IMG/VR virus record: IMGVR_UViG_3300005739_000025 | Source of the DNA: a virus | Taxonomy: Duplodnaviria > Caudoviricetes | Reading direction: 5' to 3' (one strand) | Length of the DNA stretch: 64,000 nt | Part shown: positions 37,701 to 47,654 of the stretch, piece after piece | Layout of the letters: each line of letters opens with the position of its first letter | Position numbering within the stretch: position 1 is the first letter of the stretch | Position numbers and translations under genes: made by a program | Notes under the pieces: model-generated | Databases searched by the model: none | The model's input: the letters and a program-made list of their open reading frames with translations, nothing else | Told to the model about the DNA's origin: nothing

Positions 37701-39131
37701 AAAATACCAGAATATACATTACAATTATCGACTAATTTACCAGGTACATCAGCCTTTACAATAGATGGTAAAATATCTTGTGGTAACACGTGTTCAGCTA
37801 TATACTTAGACGGTGACTTTGCTATATTATCAGCAACTAAAGCTCCTGCAGGCTATTTCTTCGAAGGATTTAAAGGAGGTCCATGCGGTGGTAACAACCC
37901 TTGTGGTCTGCCAATGACTCAAAACTACTATTTAACCGCTACTTATCTTTCTGGCAATTCAGAAATATTACTTACTAAAGATTTTAATGGTTTAGAATAT
38001 GGTCCTATATTAGGTAGAATAAACAATGTAGCTATTGAATTATTAGATTCTAACGAGAATACCGTATGTTACAATGATGGTCCATATGACTTTGGCTCTA
38101 TTGTATGTTCACTATCACCGTCGTTGGAAATTTATGGGTTTAAGACTATTGTAGCGCCTAGAAACGAATTTGTTTTAATTTCTGCAAATATAATGGCACC
38201 TTATGTTTTGGAAAAGTACGAAGGTTCGCCCTGTCAAAACTTTACAGATGTTTGCGGATTTTTTGCAGAAACTAATACATATAACATTACCGCGTTTTTA
38301 AATGCACCAATTTATACAATTAATATTCTAAATTCTGGTAGTGGTCTTTTTTATACACAATCAACAGATGGTAATATAAATTGCGGATCACTAAGTTTAG
38401 CAAACTTTAGAGATAAATGTGCGTTTAGTTATTTATCAGGTACTATGATAACCCTGTCAGGTATTGCTTTAGGCGCTTCTAAAATGATACAATTAAATGC
38501 GGAAGATTATGTATCATATGCTTCAAACTTAGTTACTGGAGATCAAGAATTACAGTTAACTTTTCCTGTAACTAAAAATTTAGCAGTAACAGCTGCCGGG
38601 GTAGGAAATACCTTTAGAACTTTAACAATTATTAAATCAGGTTTCAATACTCTCACCACCGCCTACAACGATGCAATAGTAACAATAGATAATTATGGTG
38701 AATTGATTAATGTAAACTCAGGCGTTTCGGCTCAAACGTTTAATTTTATAGATACTTCAGAGTTAAAATTATTTCCAAGATTTACCCCGGCCTCAAATAA
38801 TTATCTTTATACAATTGGTTCTTCTGCGCTTTATTATATTTTATCTTCCGGTCCGGGATTAGTTTTTTCTGACGGTAACCCGATAACGGTATTTCAATCA
38901 GACACCGTTTTATCAAATAGTTTGTTTAATTTAATACCTAACCCTGGTAATTTTCCTCTATTTGTAAATAGTATTGATGCGTACGTTACTTTTTCTAATC
39001 CGGTAACATATGTTACTATGACAGAACCAATAACAGCTATTTTTGTTTATTCAGACGCTGGACGTCTAGTAACAGAAGAAAATATTGACTTAGATATTCT
39101 AACAGAAAGATTACAGTTAATATATATATAA
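34737..39131 (+). CDS. Large virion structural protein with C-terminal Cys-containing InlB B-like repeats
   Basis: Repeats such as SGTGNG.V.S...CG..C...F.GW.G.PC; TAAATA 34725-34730 favours the second ATG (34737). Confidence 0.65.
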   Translation: MSDYSKALLFKSSGPATFLNWLELQETVSPNFSVNLKNYQSYIKEWGVLKNSKKGSSDKFFSDLYINLLREITLNFSTEEERRFIVNFDFTKTDNLDTILPFFIEKIKSICLYYCGKRDKLKQKISLLPFKGTTFSVQKAIKTIILEDIESGNVLKFAEGRVNFPSLSSINKNLSVKVEEIYDSTDYFNTNTVYENVSSYGFNEIDPNLYIDFKESIINAINQYPLFLTNIRNSLSLSYNLSGNELYYLKERDFLNYIFSLSSEDLKLNLKQKLAPKYASCDFYYLSVGSTINDIFSGVLFTTKPLTGANTQNLSNRDKSAFATVQSLDQIYTTYEMGKFFIPSNTGVLQYNTIDKKIAINYKKLSPNGVYVFPDPGVVESSDLDYPIIYRVNLSWNKESLESGFKLGDVISNSYYQRFYPYESYSQDVVNQPYGLSLAKDNVDFWNGEKDSVWTDSDLWPGLNEIESLPLDTRLNSLLQDKGFLTEWYTDIYGNEFGLYKRVSENENIFNKRKFIQGDLYVKNSLTGLVSSANHFFNNIFLKYPTEIQKELFNKHLSFYLIKNVFVVETENYVIVDSYNFEFSTGKFLNTLLPGIYIPKYTINSNLEKYINSYYVESTNKLYLCFVKLLPSLSASNYKNVYPTIYELDVDSLEFKQKYPGLQLDVSIHTLSSFKYDNFPEVDIRYIEGAKFSYKEKFNLFNLTYCGYNLNGIPFYINEQFSISDGSGDIVSYFPILNKPYFYTRDINFSNPNPDYKFRFTGNYSEPAGFNDLENFNFDKLNIDYNNFHYNTKVNPVFINIPGSHYVHFDFDQYIFGNVYIGCENLKVTKIDNFNFLEFITEQNDLTSLRISSDEIWYKVRNYSFNNYTFSLSVLRPKNTNGAVLKFNASTSLSGFSGVFCKNLYSVYRNVKIVKSGTGNGIVTSDPFCLDCGNLCEFLYPINGTLTLIPSAGFRSVFGGWLGAPCQGLASNCFLAITDNTTITAIFTKIPEYTLQLSTNLPGTSAFTIDGKISCGNTCSAIYLDGDFAILSATKAPAGYFFEGFKGGPCGGNNPCGLPMTQNYYLTATYLSGNSEILLTKDFNGLEYGPILGRINNVAIELLDSNENTVCYNDGPYDFGSIVCSLSPSLEIYGFKTIVAPRNEFVLISANIMAPYVLEKYEGSPCQNFTDVCGFFAETNTYNITAFLNAPIYTINILNSGSGLFYTQSTDGNINCGSLSLANFRDKCAFSYLSGTMITLSGIALGASKMIQLNAEDYVSYASNLVTGDQELQLTFPVTKNLAVTAAGVGNTFRTLTIIKSGFNTLTTAYNDAIVTIDNYGELINVNSGVSAQTFNFIDTSELKLFPRFTPASNNYLYTIGSSALYYILSSGPGLVFSDGNPITVFQSDTVLSNSLFNLIPNPGNFPLFVNSIDAYVTFSNPVTYVTMTEPITAIFVYSDAGRLVTEENIDLDILTERLQLIYI

Positions 39132-39134
39132 ATA
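39127..39134 (+). promoter_or_regulatory. Late promoter TATAAATA (fibre 1)
   Basis: 7 nt before ATG 39142. Confidence 0.6.
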
Positions 39135-39141
39135 AAAAAAT

Positions 39142-40404
39142 ATGGCAGCAGGTATTAAAATTTCTCAATTAGCAGGCGGTGGTAGTGCGCTTGAAGGTGA
39201 TACAATACCTATTGCAAGAGGTGGCAATACCTTTAAACTTACTGTAGGTGATATAGCAGGTTCTTTAACCGCAGCAAGCAACTCAATAAAGGGTAATCCT
39301 ACAGCAGCTACTGCAAAAGCTATAGATATTTCTTTAGCTAATCATAGTATATTAGCAAGAACAGGTAGTAATATAGAAAATATTTTAGCTAACCCTAATA
39401 CTGTACTTTGCAGATTAGAGTCTGACTCAACTTTAGCTTTTAGATCATTTACAGGAGATTTAATTCAAAATAATACAATTTCAAACGCAAAGCTTTCGCA
39501 AATGGCTGCTTATACCATAAAGCTTAATAACACGGGAAATACCGCAAACGCATCAGATTTTGCTATAGCAGATAATTCCGTTTTAGTAAGAAGTGGTAAT
39601 TTTACTAGTTTGGTTGCAAACAACAACACGATATTAAGAAGACTTGGTGGTACCTCTACCTTAGAGTTTGGTCAGGTTACAACAGATTTAATAGTTAATG
39701 GTGCTATTAATTCAGATAAATTGGCAGCGGGCTCGGTAACAAATAATGCTATAACTGACAATACAATTTCCGGTAATAAACTTGTAGCAAACTCAGTTAA
39801 TTTAGATAGAATACAGCAAATAGCTGGACAAACAGTCTTGGGTAATGTTGGTACTGGATTAGGCAATACTGCTGCGGTAAAAGTTACACCAAATCTACTT
39901 TCAACCGGTGCTCCTAGTTGGGACGCTGACGGGAATGTAACTGCTAACGGGAATGTAACAGTTGTTAAAAATTTACAAATAGGTAGCGGTTCTTTTGCTA
40001 CAACTATTAATTCTTCATCAATTACAAGTATAGTAACAAGAAGAATAGAGTGTGATAGAATTAACGTTGATAGGCCTGTAGAAACAAAAGTAGTAGTGCC
40101 GATTGTAAATAATGCTATTGAAATTGATTTAAATAGAGGCACCGTTTTTGTGGTGGAAAATAAAAATGTTAATATTGATTCTATAACTACCACTAACAAT
40201 CAATCTATTGATGAAGTGGTTAGCTTTATACTACAAATTGTTAGTGGAGGTAATACAGTAATTTCATGGCCAGCATCTTTTAAATGGACAAATGGATTTT
40301 CACCTTTTCTGTCGCCAACTGCAGGCAAAACTGATACATTTGGATTTTTTTCTTACAATAGTGGTAATACATGGTGGGCTTTTACATTAGGTTTAAATGC
40401 ATAA
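39142..40404 (+). CDS. Tail fibre protein 1
   Basis: KISQL anchor, short beta-helix-like repeats (NGAINSDKLAAGSVTNNAI), C-terminal fibre cap IDLNRG...WPASFKW..G..P.LS.TAGKTD. Confidence 0.7.
   Translation: MAAGIKISQLAGGGSALEGDTIPIARGGNTFKLTVGDIAGSLTAASNSIKGNPTAATAKAIDISLANHSILARTGSNIENILANPNTVLCRLESDSTLAFRSFTGDLIQNNTISNAKLSQMAAYTIKLNNTGNTANASDFAIADNSVLVRSGNFTSLVANNNTILRRLGGTSTLEFGQVTTDLIVNGAINSDKLAAGSVTNNAITDNTISGNKLVANSVNLDRIQQIAGQTVLGNVGTGLGNTAAVKVTPNLLSTGAPSWDADGNVTANGNVTVVKNLQIGSGSFATTINSSSITSIVTRRIECDRINVDRPVETKVVVPIVNNAIEIDLNRGTVFVVENKNVNIDSITTTNNQSIDEVVSFILQIVSGGNTVISWPASFKWTNGFSPFLSPTAGKTDTFGFFSYNSGNTWWAFTLGLNA
39151..39905 (+). repeat. Direct repeat copy 1 (~755 bp, fibre N-terminal module)
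   Basis: Aligns without apparent gaps to 41869-42623 (offset 2718). Confidence 0.9.
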
Positions 40405-41834
40405 TGTCTACGTTATCTAAATTGTTTCGTTCAACACCGCTTGTTGGTACAATGTGGGAAAGAATAGCCTTACCCTCGTTAGGTACGTGGTACGGGGCTG
40501 TTGGCGGTAACGGTAAATATATTGCTGTTCGTGGTCAAGCAGAAAGAACAAATATAGGAGCTTTTAGTAGCGATGGTTATATTTGGCAGGGTATAACTTT
40601 GACGTCTACATCGTTAGAAAAATATGATATAGCATATGGTAATGGTAGATTTATAACTATGGGGTTTAACACCAATACTTTTATAACCTCTTTAAATGGA
40701 ACTGACTGGACGTCAGGCACGTTGGGAGCTAGTCGTTCTTGGGTTAGTTTGGCATACGGAAACGGAAGATGGGTAATAATATCTTACCAAAATACTAACG
40801 TTTCTACTTCTACAAATGGAACTTCTTTTTCAATAAATTCAAATTTACCCGCTACCAGGGATTGGTGGAGAGTGAGATTTGGAAATGGTATGTTTATTGC
40901 TACCGCTTTAAACTCAACATCGTACGCCACTTCTACTGATGGTTTAAATTGGACCTCTAGAACGTTTCCCACAGTTCCTAGTTGTAATACATGGAGAGGT
41001 ATAGCGTATGGCAATGGTGTTTGGATAATAGTTGGTGCTAACTCTGGTTCGAATAATAATATAGCACTTAGAAGTAGTGATGGTATAAATTGGACACAAG
41101 TAACACTACCTAGTAGTAGAGGGTGGACAGCTGTTATTTTTACAGGCAGGTTGTTTGTTGCTATTTCTTTTGGTGGTGTAACTGTTGTATCGAGTGATGG
41201 TTTAAATTGGAAAGTAGTAGATAACTTACCAGCTAATTCGTGTAATTTTATAAGTATGTCTTATGATAGTGCAGGGGATAAAATTGTTGCAACAGGCTTT
41301 GGTGGAACACAAATTGTGTCGCCAGCTGAAGATCAGAAAATAATAGCTCAAGGTTCAGTTACAGGTGGTAGTTCTAGTTATTCTAAAACTATCCAAAGCT
41401 TTATTAATGAATACGGTCCCCGGTTACAATATATTGGAGGTGGCACAGGGGGTGGTGGCGCAGGAAGTGGAACAACATCTGCAGGTACTTTTACAACATC
41501 TTCAGGTAGGTGGTCTGGTGCTGCTTTAGTTTTTACTGATATAAGACTACAAAATGGTAGACTTATAGCTAACGTGAGATATGGCTCTGCTGGAGCTGAG
41601 GGTTTTAATTCATTAGCAGGAGCTCGTACAGCTATTCAAAACGGTAGAAATGCTGCTATTAGTAATAGTAATGTAGATATAACAGATATGACTTTGTCTC
41701 TTACTTTTGGTAGTAGTACTAGTACGAATTCAGCTTCATATGCTGTTGTAATAGGAATAGGACCTTTAACAGATGGTTTAACCGACACAGGGGGTAATAT
41801 TTTGTGGGTATCTCCTCCTAGAGGCTTAGCTTAA
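40404..41834 (+). CDS. Beta-propeller receptor-binding/tip protein (start at 40404 by TAATG coupling)
   Basis: Repeated AYGNG.W/F and S.DG.NWT blades; Gly/Ser-rich C-part. Confidence 0.65.
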   Translation: MSTLSKLFRSTPLVGTMWERIALPSLGTWYGAVGGNGKYIAVRGQAERTNIGAFSSDGYIWQGITLTSTSLEKYDIAYGNGRFITMGFNTNTFITSLNGTDWTSGTLGASRSWVSLAYGNGRWVIISYQNTNVSTSTNGTSFSINSNLPATRDWWRVRFGNGMFIATALNSTSYATSTDGLNWTSRTFPTVPSCNTWRGIAYGNGVWIIVGANSGSNNNIALRSSDGINWTQVTLPSSRGWTAVIFTGRLFVAISFGGVTVVSSDGLNWKVVDNLPANSCNFISMSYDSAGDKIVATGFGGTQIVSPAEDQKIIAQGSVTGGSSSYSKTIQSFINEYGPRLQYIGGGTGGGGAGSGTTSAGTFTTSSGRWSGAALVFTDIRLQNGRLIANVRYGSAGAEGFNSLAGARTAIQNGRNAAISNSNVDITDMTLSLTFGSSTSTNSASYAVVIGIGPLTDGLTDTGGNILWVSPPRGLA

Positions 41835-41859
41835 TTTTTATTATAAATAAATATATTAT

Positions 41860-43713
41860 ATGTCCCAAGGTATTAAAATTTCTCAATTAACAGGCGGTGG
41901 TAGTGCGCTTGAAGGTGATACAATACCTATTGCAAGAGGTGGCAATACCTTTAAACTTACTGTAGGTGATATAGCAGGTTCTTTAACCGCAGCAAGCAAC
42001 TCAATAAAGGGTAATCCCACTTTATCTCTTGCAAAGGCAGTAGATATAGTCTTATCACCCCATAGCATACTTGCAAGAACTAGCTCAACAATAGAAAATT
42101 TAATTGCAGAAACTAATACAGTTTTATGTAGACTTGATGCTAACTCAACTTTAGCTTTTAGATCATTTACAGGAGATTTAATTCAAAATAATACAATATC
42201 TAATACAAAATTATCACAAGCACCTGCTTATACCATAAAGCTTAATAACACGGGAAATACCGCAAACGTTGGCGATTTTGCTATAGCAGATAATTCCGTT
42301 TTAGTAAGAAGTGGTAATTTTACTAGTTTAGTTGCTGGTAATAATACCATACTAAGAAGACTTGGTGGTACCTCTACCTTAGAGTTTGGTCAGGTTACAA
42401 CAGATTTAATTGATAACAATGCCATAACTTCTGATAAATTAAATATCGGGTCTGTAACAAATAATGCTATAACTGACAATACAATTTCCGGTAATAAACT
42501 TGTAGCAAACTCAGTTAATTTAGATAGAATTCAGCAAATAACCGGTCAATCTGTTTTAGGAAACGTTGGTACTGGATTGGGCAATATTGGTGCGGTAAAA
42601 GTTACACCAGGTTTGCTGTCAACAGGAGGCCCTTCATGGAATACGTTAGGCGATTTAACACCCTCATCTGGTAAATTAATAGGCAATGCAGATACAGCTA
42701 CAAGTTTGCAAACTGCTAGAAATATTACTGTTGGAGGTACTAGTAGATCGTTTGATGGGTCTAGTAATATTTCATGGACATTAGATAATATTATTCAAGG
42801 ACAAGCAGATATATTAGCATTTAATAATGGAGGGTTTGGAACTGTTACAACAAGAACAGATGGAACTTATAAGTATTACATTTTTAAAGTTAATGATTCT
42901 ATAAGTGATTTTACATGGATACAAGCAGGTTTTTTAGTTATAACAAACTGTATATCTATACCTGTAGAGTTATTTTTAGTAGGAGGAGGGGGTGGAGGAG
43001 GTTCTAGGCTCTATGCTGGAGGTGGAGGAGGGGGTGACGCGCGATTTTTTTATGGCGTTTTAGGAGCGAATACTTATGTTGCTAATGTGGGTTGTGGTGG
43101 TTTTGGAGGTGGTCGTCGTTTTTCAAACCCAACAACGATCGAGTACATGCCAGGTGAAAATGGTGGTCCTACTGAATTTGCTGGTTATACCGTATTGGGT
43201 GGTGGAGGTGGAGGATCTTCTAATGATAACGTTACAGCTATGAATGGCACACCTAGCATGGGTCGTCCGGGTGGTAGTGCAGGTGGTGCTAGTGGTTATG
43301 CGCCATATTTCCTACCAAGCAGTATAGGTTTTGGTACACGAGGTGGTAGAGGTGGGTTATATGGCGGAGGAGGTGGTGGAGGTGCTCTTTCCCCAGGAGA
43401 TTCCGGGACAAATAGTGTAGGGGGTAGAGGTGGTGAAGGTAACACAAGTAACCGAGAAACAGGTAGTGATTTAGTCTACGGATCGGGTGGAGGTGGGGGT
43501 GGTTATAGTAATAGTGGCGGCAACAATAATTGGGGACTTGGTGGTACAAGAGCAGGTAGAGGTGGTGGTAATAATCAAGCTCCATTAAATGGTGTAAATT
43601 CTTCGGGTGGTGGAGGGGGTGGTGCAAATAATTTGGGTCCTGGTGGTACCGGTGGACACGGCATTATAGTAGTTAGGATAAATAATATACACATTAAATC
43701 ATCAAATATATGA
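41860..43713 (+). CDS. Tail fibre protein 2 (paralog of fibre 1 N-terminus) with glycine-rich C-terminal domain
   Basis: Same KISQL module; LVGGGGGGG...GSGGGGG...GGHGIIVVR glycine-rich domain; TAAATA 41848-41853 upstream. Confidence 0.75.
   Translation: MSQGIKISQLTGGGSALEGDTIPIARGGNTFKLTVGDIAGSLTAASNSIKGNPTLSLAKAVDIVLSPHSILARTSSTIENLIAETNTVLCRLDANSTLAFRSFTGDLIQNNTISNTKLSQAPAYTIKLNNTGNTANVGDFAIADNSVLVRSGNFTSLVAGNNTILRRLGGTSTLEFGQVTTDLIDNNAITSDKLNIGSVTNNAITDNTISGNKLVANSVNLDRIQQITGQSVLGNVGTGLGNIGAVKVTPGLLSTGGPSWNTLGDLTPSSGKLIGNADTATSLQTARNITVGGTSRSFDGSSNISWTLDNIIQGQADILAFNNGGFGTVTTRTDGTYKYYIFKVNDSISDFTWIQAGFLVITNCISIPVELFLVGGGGGGGSRLYAGGGGGGDARFFYGVLGANTYVANVGCGGFGGGRRFSNPTTIEYMPGENGGPTEFAGYTVLGGGGGGSSNDNVTAMNGTPSMGRPGGSAGGASGYAPYFLPSSIGFGTRGGRGGLYGGGGGGGALSPGDSGTNSVGGRGGEGNTSNRETGSDLVYGSGGGGGGYSNSGGNNNWGLGGTRAGRGGGNNQAPLNGVNSSGGGGGGANNLGPGGTGGHGIIVVRINNIHIKSSNI
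41869..42623 (+). repeat. Direct repeat copy 2 (fibre N-terminal module)
   Basis: See copy 1. Confidence 0.9.
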
Positions 43714-43964
43714 TAGTCAAAGATTATATCAACGTTATTTTAAATGATGTTTCTGTTGTCGGAGCTGGCTGGTCCCACATAAAAAGAAGAAGAGATTTCA
43801 TTTTACAGTTAACAGATTGGACTCAAAGTGCCGATAGCCCGTTATCTGAAGAGTTAAAAGAAAAATATAGAATATACAGAAAAGAACTTAGAGAGTTACC
43901 CCAAAAATATCCAAACCCCGACGATGTAATTTGGCCTGTTTCCCCTACTGATAAATACATATAA
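43710..43964 (+). CDS. Tail fibre assembly chaperone
   Basis: RRDFILQLTDWTQ..DSPL...YRIYRKELRELPQ.....VIWP. Confidence 0.88.
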   Translation: MIVKDYINVILNDVSVVGAGWSHIKRRRDFILQLTDWTQSADSPLSEELKEKYRIYRKELRELPQKYPNPDDVIWPVSPTDKYI

Positions 43965-43982
43965 GTTGTTAAATAATATTAT

Positions 43983-45968
43983 ATGCTTTTCAACCAAGAA
44001 AAGGCTCTTGTAGCGTGGAACAATGATAATCTAGATACATATCATGACGTAATTGTAAGTTTTGATTATGCTAGATTTTCTAGAAGAAATATACCTTCTG
44101 GTGGTTTTTGTGTTGTTTTCTTCTCATCTAAACAAGATGTTCCTACTATTGGCGGGCCAGGGGCAAGCTTAGGTTATTTGCCTAGTAGTCAGAGTGATTA
44201 TTGTTTTAATAGAGGGTATGAAGGTTTTGTAGGAGCAACATTAGGTGTTGGGTTTGATTTAAATGGTGAGTTTGGATTAAAAAATAATTTAGTAGATGGA
44301 TTAGATACACCCATTACAAATTCATGTAGTATAAGAGGCTCAGAAACAGAAAATTACAAATATTATACTACTAGTAAGAATTTTGCTTCCACCCCTAAAC
44401 GCATATCAATAGCAGACACTTTAGATTCAGACGATCCGATTCAATATAAATCTGTAAGAATAATAATAAGCAAAGCCTTTTCAAATATAGAGGTACAAAT
44501 AAAAAATAGAGAAGATACAGAGTTTTATACTGTTTTAAATCAAAGAATACCTGTTAAGAGAAGAACTGCTGTAAGAATAGGCATAACTCATACATCTACT
44601 GATTCTTACACCAGATTTGTTCTAAAAAATTTTAATGTAGCGGGTTTCCCCGGGGTAGTAGCGGATCCAGAGTTAGATGACTGCGCAACTATTAATACAG
44701 TAAATAATATACAAGGCAATACAATTGTATCTGCTAATGACTTTTGTGCTGTGCCCGTGAATGGTAATGTTCATGTTTATGAAGTTAGAGGGGGTAGTTT
44801 TTCACTTAAACAACTTATTCAAGAAGAGAGTGACGCGTATTTATTAGGGGGCAATGAGCGATTTTTATTTTTAAATAAAACTAACACATATGAGGTAGAT
44901 GTTTATTATAAAGCTAGCAATAATTTTTTAAAAATACAAACAATAGACTTGTATGGAGATGTAAGTTTTGATATAGGTGAGGATTTAATCGGTGGGTATC
45001 CTACATGTGCAGATACAAATAGTAGATTTTTAGTGGTAGGCAATAATAAAAATGTTTTTGTGTGGCAATTTTTTACAGGGGTTGGTACGTTTGGAGTTTT
45101 CGGATATACACAAACTTTATCTTATGATATTTCTGGGGGAATAGGATACTCAGTACAAATTGATGGTACTAAAATGCTTACAGGTGGGGGCAAGCCAAGA
45201 TTGACAGGTAGAATTAACAGCTTTGTTAATGCATACGAATACAATGGAATTATTTGGGACGATGAACCAAAACAAACAATTATATCACCTATTACCGGTA
45301 ATATATATGATGAATTTGGAACATCAATAAGCATGCAAGGCAACGAGGCTATTATAGGATCCCCCAATGAAAGAAGAAGAAATAGAGAAACGTTAGGCCA
45401 TGGTGAAGCATATCACTACGTGTATGTTACTAACAGACAGAGAGGAAGAAAAGAATGGAGAAGCGCTATGGGTTTAGGTACTTTCTTTAATATAGACACT
45501 CCTGGTGGTAACCTAGGTACATCTGTAAATTTTTTAGGAAATTATTTGCTTGTTTCTGCTCCTTATGAAAATTATCATTTCCCACCAGATAAAGTTTTTG
45601 AAGATAAACCTAACGCGGGTAGAGTTTATTTGTTTAGAAAGAGTTCTGTAGGCACATTTACCCAGTCTGCAATATTGGCGCCTGATCCATTTAGAGTTAA
45701 AGAAAATATGTACTTTGGAAGATATGTAGGATTTTTAGGTAGAGTTGCTGCGGTGGTAGGAGTACCGTATAAAAATAATTTATTGGTTGCAGCTGAACTA
45801 GACGTTTACAAGATAGGTTGTATATTTGATCTACCACCTAGACATTTGCCCATAAGTATAGATTCTATAGCCCTTTATGATTCTAGTGGTTATACTATAG
45901 ATATTTCTAGTTTCACATACTTACAATTATTGGAAAAACAATTTAATACGGGGAATAATTTACAATGA
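43983..45968 (+). CDS. Virion adhesin: L-type lectin-like domain + FG-GAP beta-propeller
   Basis: GFCVVF..GASLGY..GVGFD (lectin); FGTSISM...IGSP, LGTSV..LLVSAP, NAGRVYLF, FGRYV (FG-GAP); TAAATA 43970-43975. Confidence 0.7.
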   Translation: MLFNQEKALVAWNNDNLDTYHDVIVSFDYARFSRRNIPSGGFCVVFFSSKQDVPTIGGPGASLGYLPSSQSDYCFNRGYEGFVGATLGVGFDLNGEFGLKNNLVDGLDTPITNSCSIRGSETENYKYYTTSKNFASTPKRISIADTLDSDDPIQYKSVRIIISKAFSNIEVQIKNREDTEFYTVLNQRIPVKRRTAVRIGITHTSTDSYTRFVLKNFNVAGFPGVVADPELDDCATINTVNNIQGNTIVSANDFCAVPVNGNVHVYEVRGGSFSLKQLIQEESDAYLLGGNERFLFLNKTNTYEVDVYYKASNNFLKIQTIDLYGDVSFDIGEDLIGGYPTCADTNSRFLVVGNNKNVFVWQFFTGVGTFGVFGYTQTLSYDISGGIGYSVQIDGTKMLTGGGKPRLTGRINSFVNAYEYNGIIWDDEPKQTIISPITGNIYDEFGTSISMQGNEAIIGSPNERRRNRETLGHGEAYHYVYVTNRQRGRKEWRSAMGLGTFFNIDTPGGNLGTSVNFLGNYLLVSAPYENYHFPPDKVFEDKPNAGRVYLFRKSSVGTFTQSAILAPDPFRVKENMYFGRYVGFLGRVAAVVGVPYKNNLLVAAELDVYKIGCIFDLPPRHLPISIDSIALYDSSGYTIDISSFTYLQLLEKQFNTGNNLQ

Positions 45969-47638
45969 TTTTTAATAGCGAAAACATTTTTACACTATCA
46001 GGTACTAATTTTGGGCTTTTAAGTACATACGAAAAAGCGAGATATTTTGATGGCTATTTTTTTAATGATATATATCTAAACACCGATATTTCTTATTCAA
46101 GAGAGTTATCAACTTTTACATTACTAGATTTTTATACTAATGCTGAAATTTTAAATTTGTCAGGGCTAAAATTGTGGCTCGATGCTCAGGATACTAGTAC
46201 CTGGAAGACATCATCTATTTCTACTACAGCATTGGCAATTACAGGAATATCTGACAAATCAACCAATTCGTTTTATTTTACATGTTTTAGAAACCCAACA
46301 GCAATTTCCAACGAAGCTTTATCTGCGTATTGGCCTAGATACAGTTTACCACTCTCATCTTCTTCTTTACCAGGAAGACCATGTATTAAAATGAATTTGT
46401 ATAGTATTTTTAATAACCCTGACTTTAAAATAGATATAAATTCACCTTTTTCAATTTATTTTGTATGGAGAGATTTAAATACCTTTAATTACAGTGTACC
46501 GTTTTCTATAAAAACGGTATATAATACAGTAACTAGTGAAATCGCAGCGATAAACCAATATCAAACAAACTATCTGTACCCAGAACAATTACTCTGGGGA
46601 TTAAGGGATTTTGATTTTGGAATAAGAGTTCCTAATTTATCAGGATTATTTTTTAAAGAAAATCTTTTAAATTGGAGATATGACGGGTCAGAATTTAGTA
46701 GTATAAGCAGTAAGTCTTTACTTGTAAATAATCTTTCAGTTGTTATCACCGACAATATTATTTTATCAAGCGAACCCATAAACATACTCTCTGGTACCAA
46801 TATAGGTTATTATCAAAATAATTATAATGACTTTTATTTTGGAGAAATGTTAATTTTTAACAGAATTTTAAATGATAGAGAAAATATTTTATTATTAAAC
46901 TATCTTTATAATAAATGGAATTTATATGACCTAATGACTGATAATGTTACTATTACAGCAAATTTGAGTGCTGGGTTTTTAACTAATACAGCATATGAGG
47001 ATTTTTCTGTATTAACTTCACGCATATCCTTACCAATACAGAGTTGCATTAACAAATTAACTATAAATTTAGAAAGTTTTGATCAAACTGTTTCAAAAAT
47101 AAGTAAAGTACAGTATATTCATAATGATAACTTTATTGAAATACCATCAACATTTACCATTATTTTAACTGATGTACAAATAGACTTAAGTCAAAAGAGA
47201 ACAGATTTTATATTAGTTCCGGATAAGGATAAACAAGTTTCAACTTACTATGTATATCTATCCGTTTACAGGTACGATTCTACTGTTAATAAATTTATAC
47301 TCTCAGGCAATTTAACTAAATGTAGTATAACCGATTACTATAATAATACTGTTTTAGTAGATGCGCAGGTTTTAGATAATTCTAAAGAAGTTTTATTAGT
47401 TTCTGAAAATAGAGATAAATCTACAATATTCACTAATACCATAAACGTAACGGTGCCTGTTCAAGCTTTAACCGGTGGTGAAGTTCAAGAATTAGTTAAT
47501 AACGAAGTTGTACAAGAAGATGAAGGGTTAATATTGTTAGCGGATTTATTAGAAGAAGAGCAAGTAAAGGAAACATTCAAATTACCGGGTCTAGTGCCTA
47601 CACCAGCCCCAAGAATAAATCCTATAAAACCGGTGTAG
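45965..47638 (+). CDS. Virion protein with LamG/ConA-like domain
   Basis: GLKLWLDAQD...GEMLIFNRILNDRE...YLYNKW. Confidence 0.7.
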   Translation: MIFNSENIFTLSGTNFGLLSTYEKARYFDGYFFNDIYLNTDISYSRELSTFTLLDFYTNAEILNLSGLKLWLDAQDTSTWKTSSISTTALAITGISDKSTNSFYFTCFRNPTAISNEALSAYWPRYSLPLSSSSLPGRPCIKMNLYSIFNNPDFKIDINSPFSIYFVWRDLNTFNYSVPFSIKTVYNTVTSEIAAINQYQTNYLYPEQLLWGLRDFDFGIRVPNLSGLFFKENLLNWRYDGSEFSSISSKSLLVNNLSVVITDNIILSSEPINILSGTNIGYYQNNYNDFYFGEMLIFNRILNDRENILLLNYLYNKWNLYDLMTDNVTITANLSAGFLTNTAYEDFSVLTSRISLPIQSCINKLTINLESFDQTVSKISKVQYIHNDNFIEIPSTFTIILTDVQIDLSQKRTDFILVPDKDKQVSTYYVYLSVYRYDSTVNKFILSGNLTKCSITDYYNNTVLVDAQVLDNSKEVLLVSENRDKSTIFTNTINVTVPVQALTGGEVQELVNNEVVQEDEGLILLADLLEEEQVKETFKLPGLVPTPAPRINPIKPV

Positions 47639-47654
47639 TATTAAATAATATAAG

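Noticed and set aside
39930-39960. 18-nt-period duplication ACGGGAATGTAAC in fibre 1, and poly-Gly GGT/GGA runs at 42980-43660
   Set aside because: Explained by repetitive fibre and glycine-rich protein sequence; no evidence of a DNA-level function.
40371-40403. Track starts at 40371, 6787 and 34734
   Set aside because: Downstream ATGs fit coupling or promoter spacing better (40404, 6865/6835, 34737).
39151-42623. Possible diversity-generating retroelement TR/VR pair
   Set aside because: Mismatches are not adenine-specific, include many synonymous changes of all types, lie at the N-terminus, and no reverse transcriptase is present.
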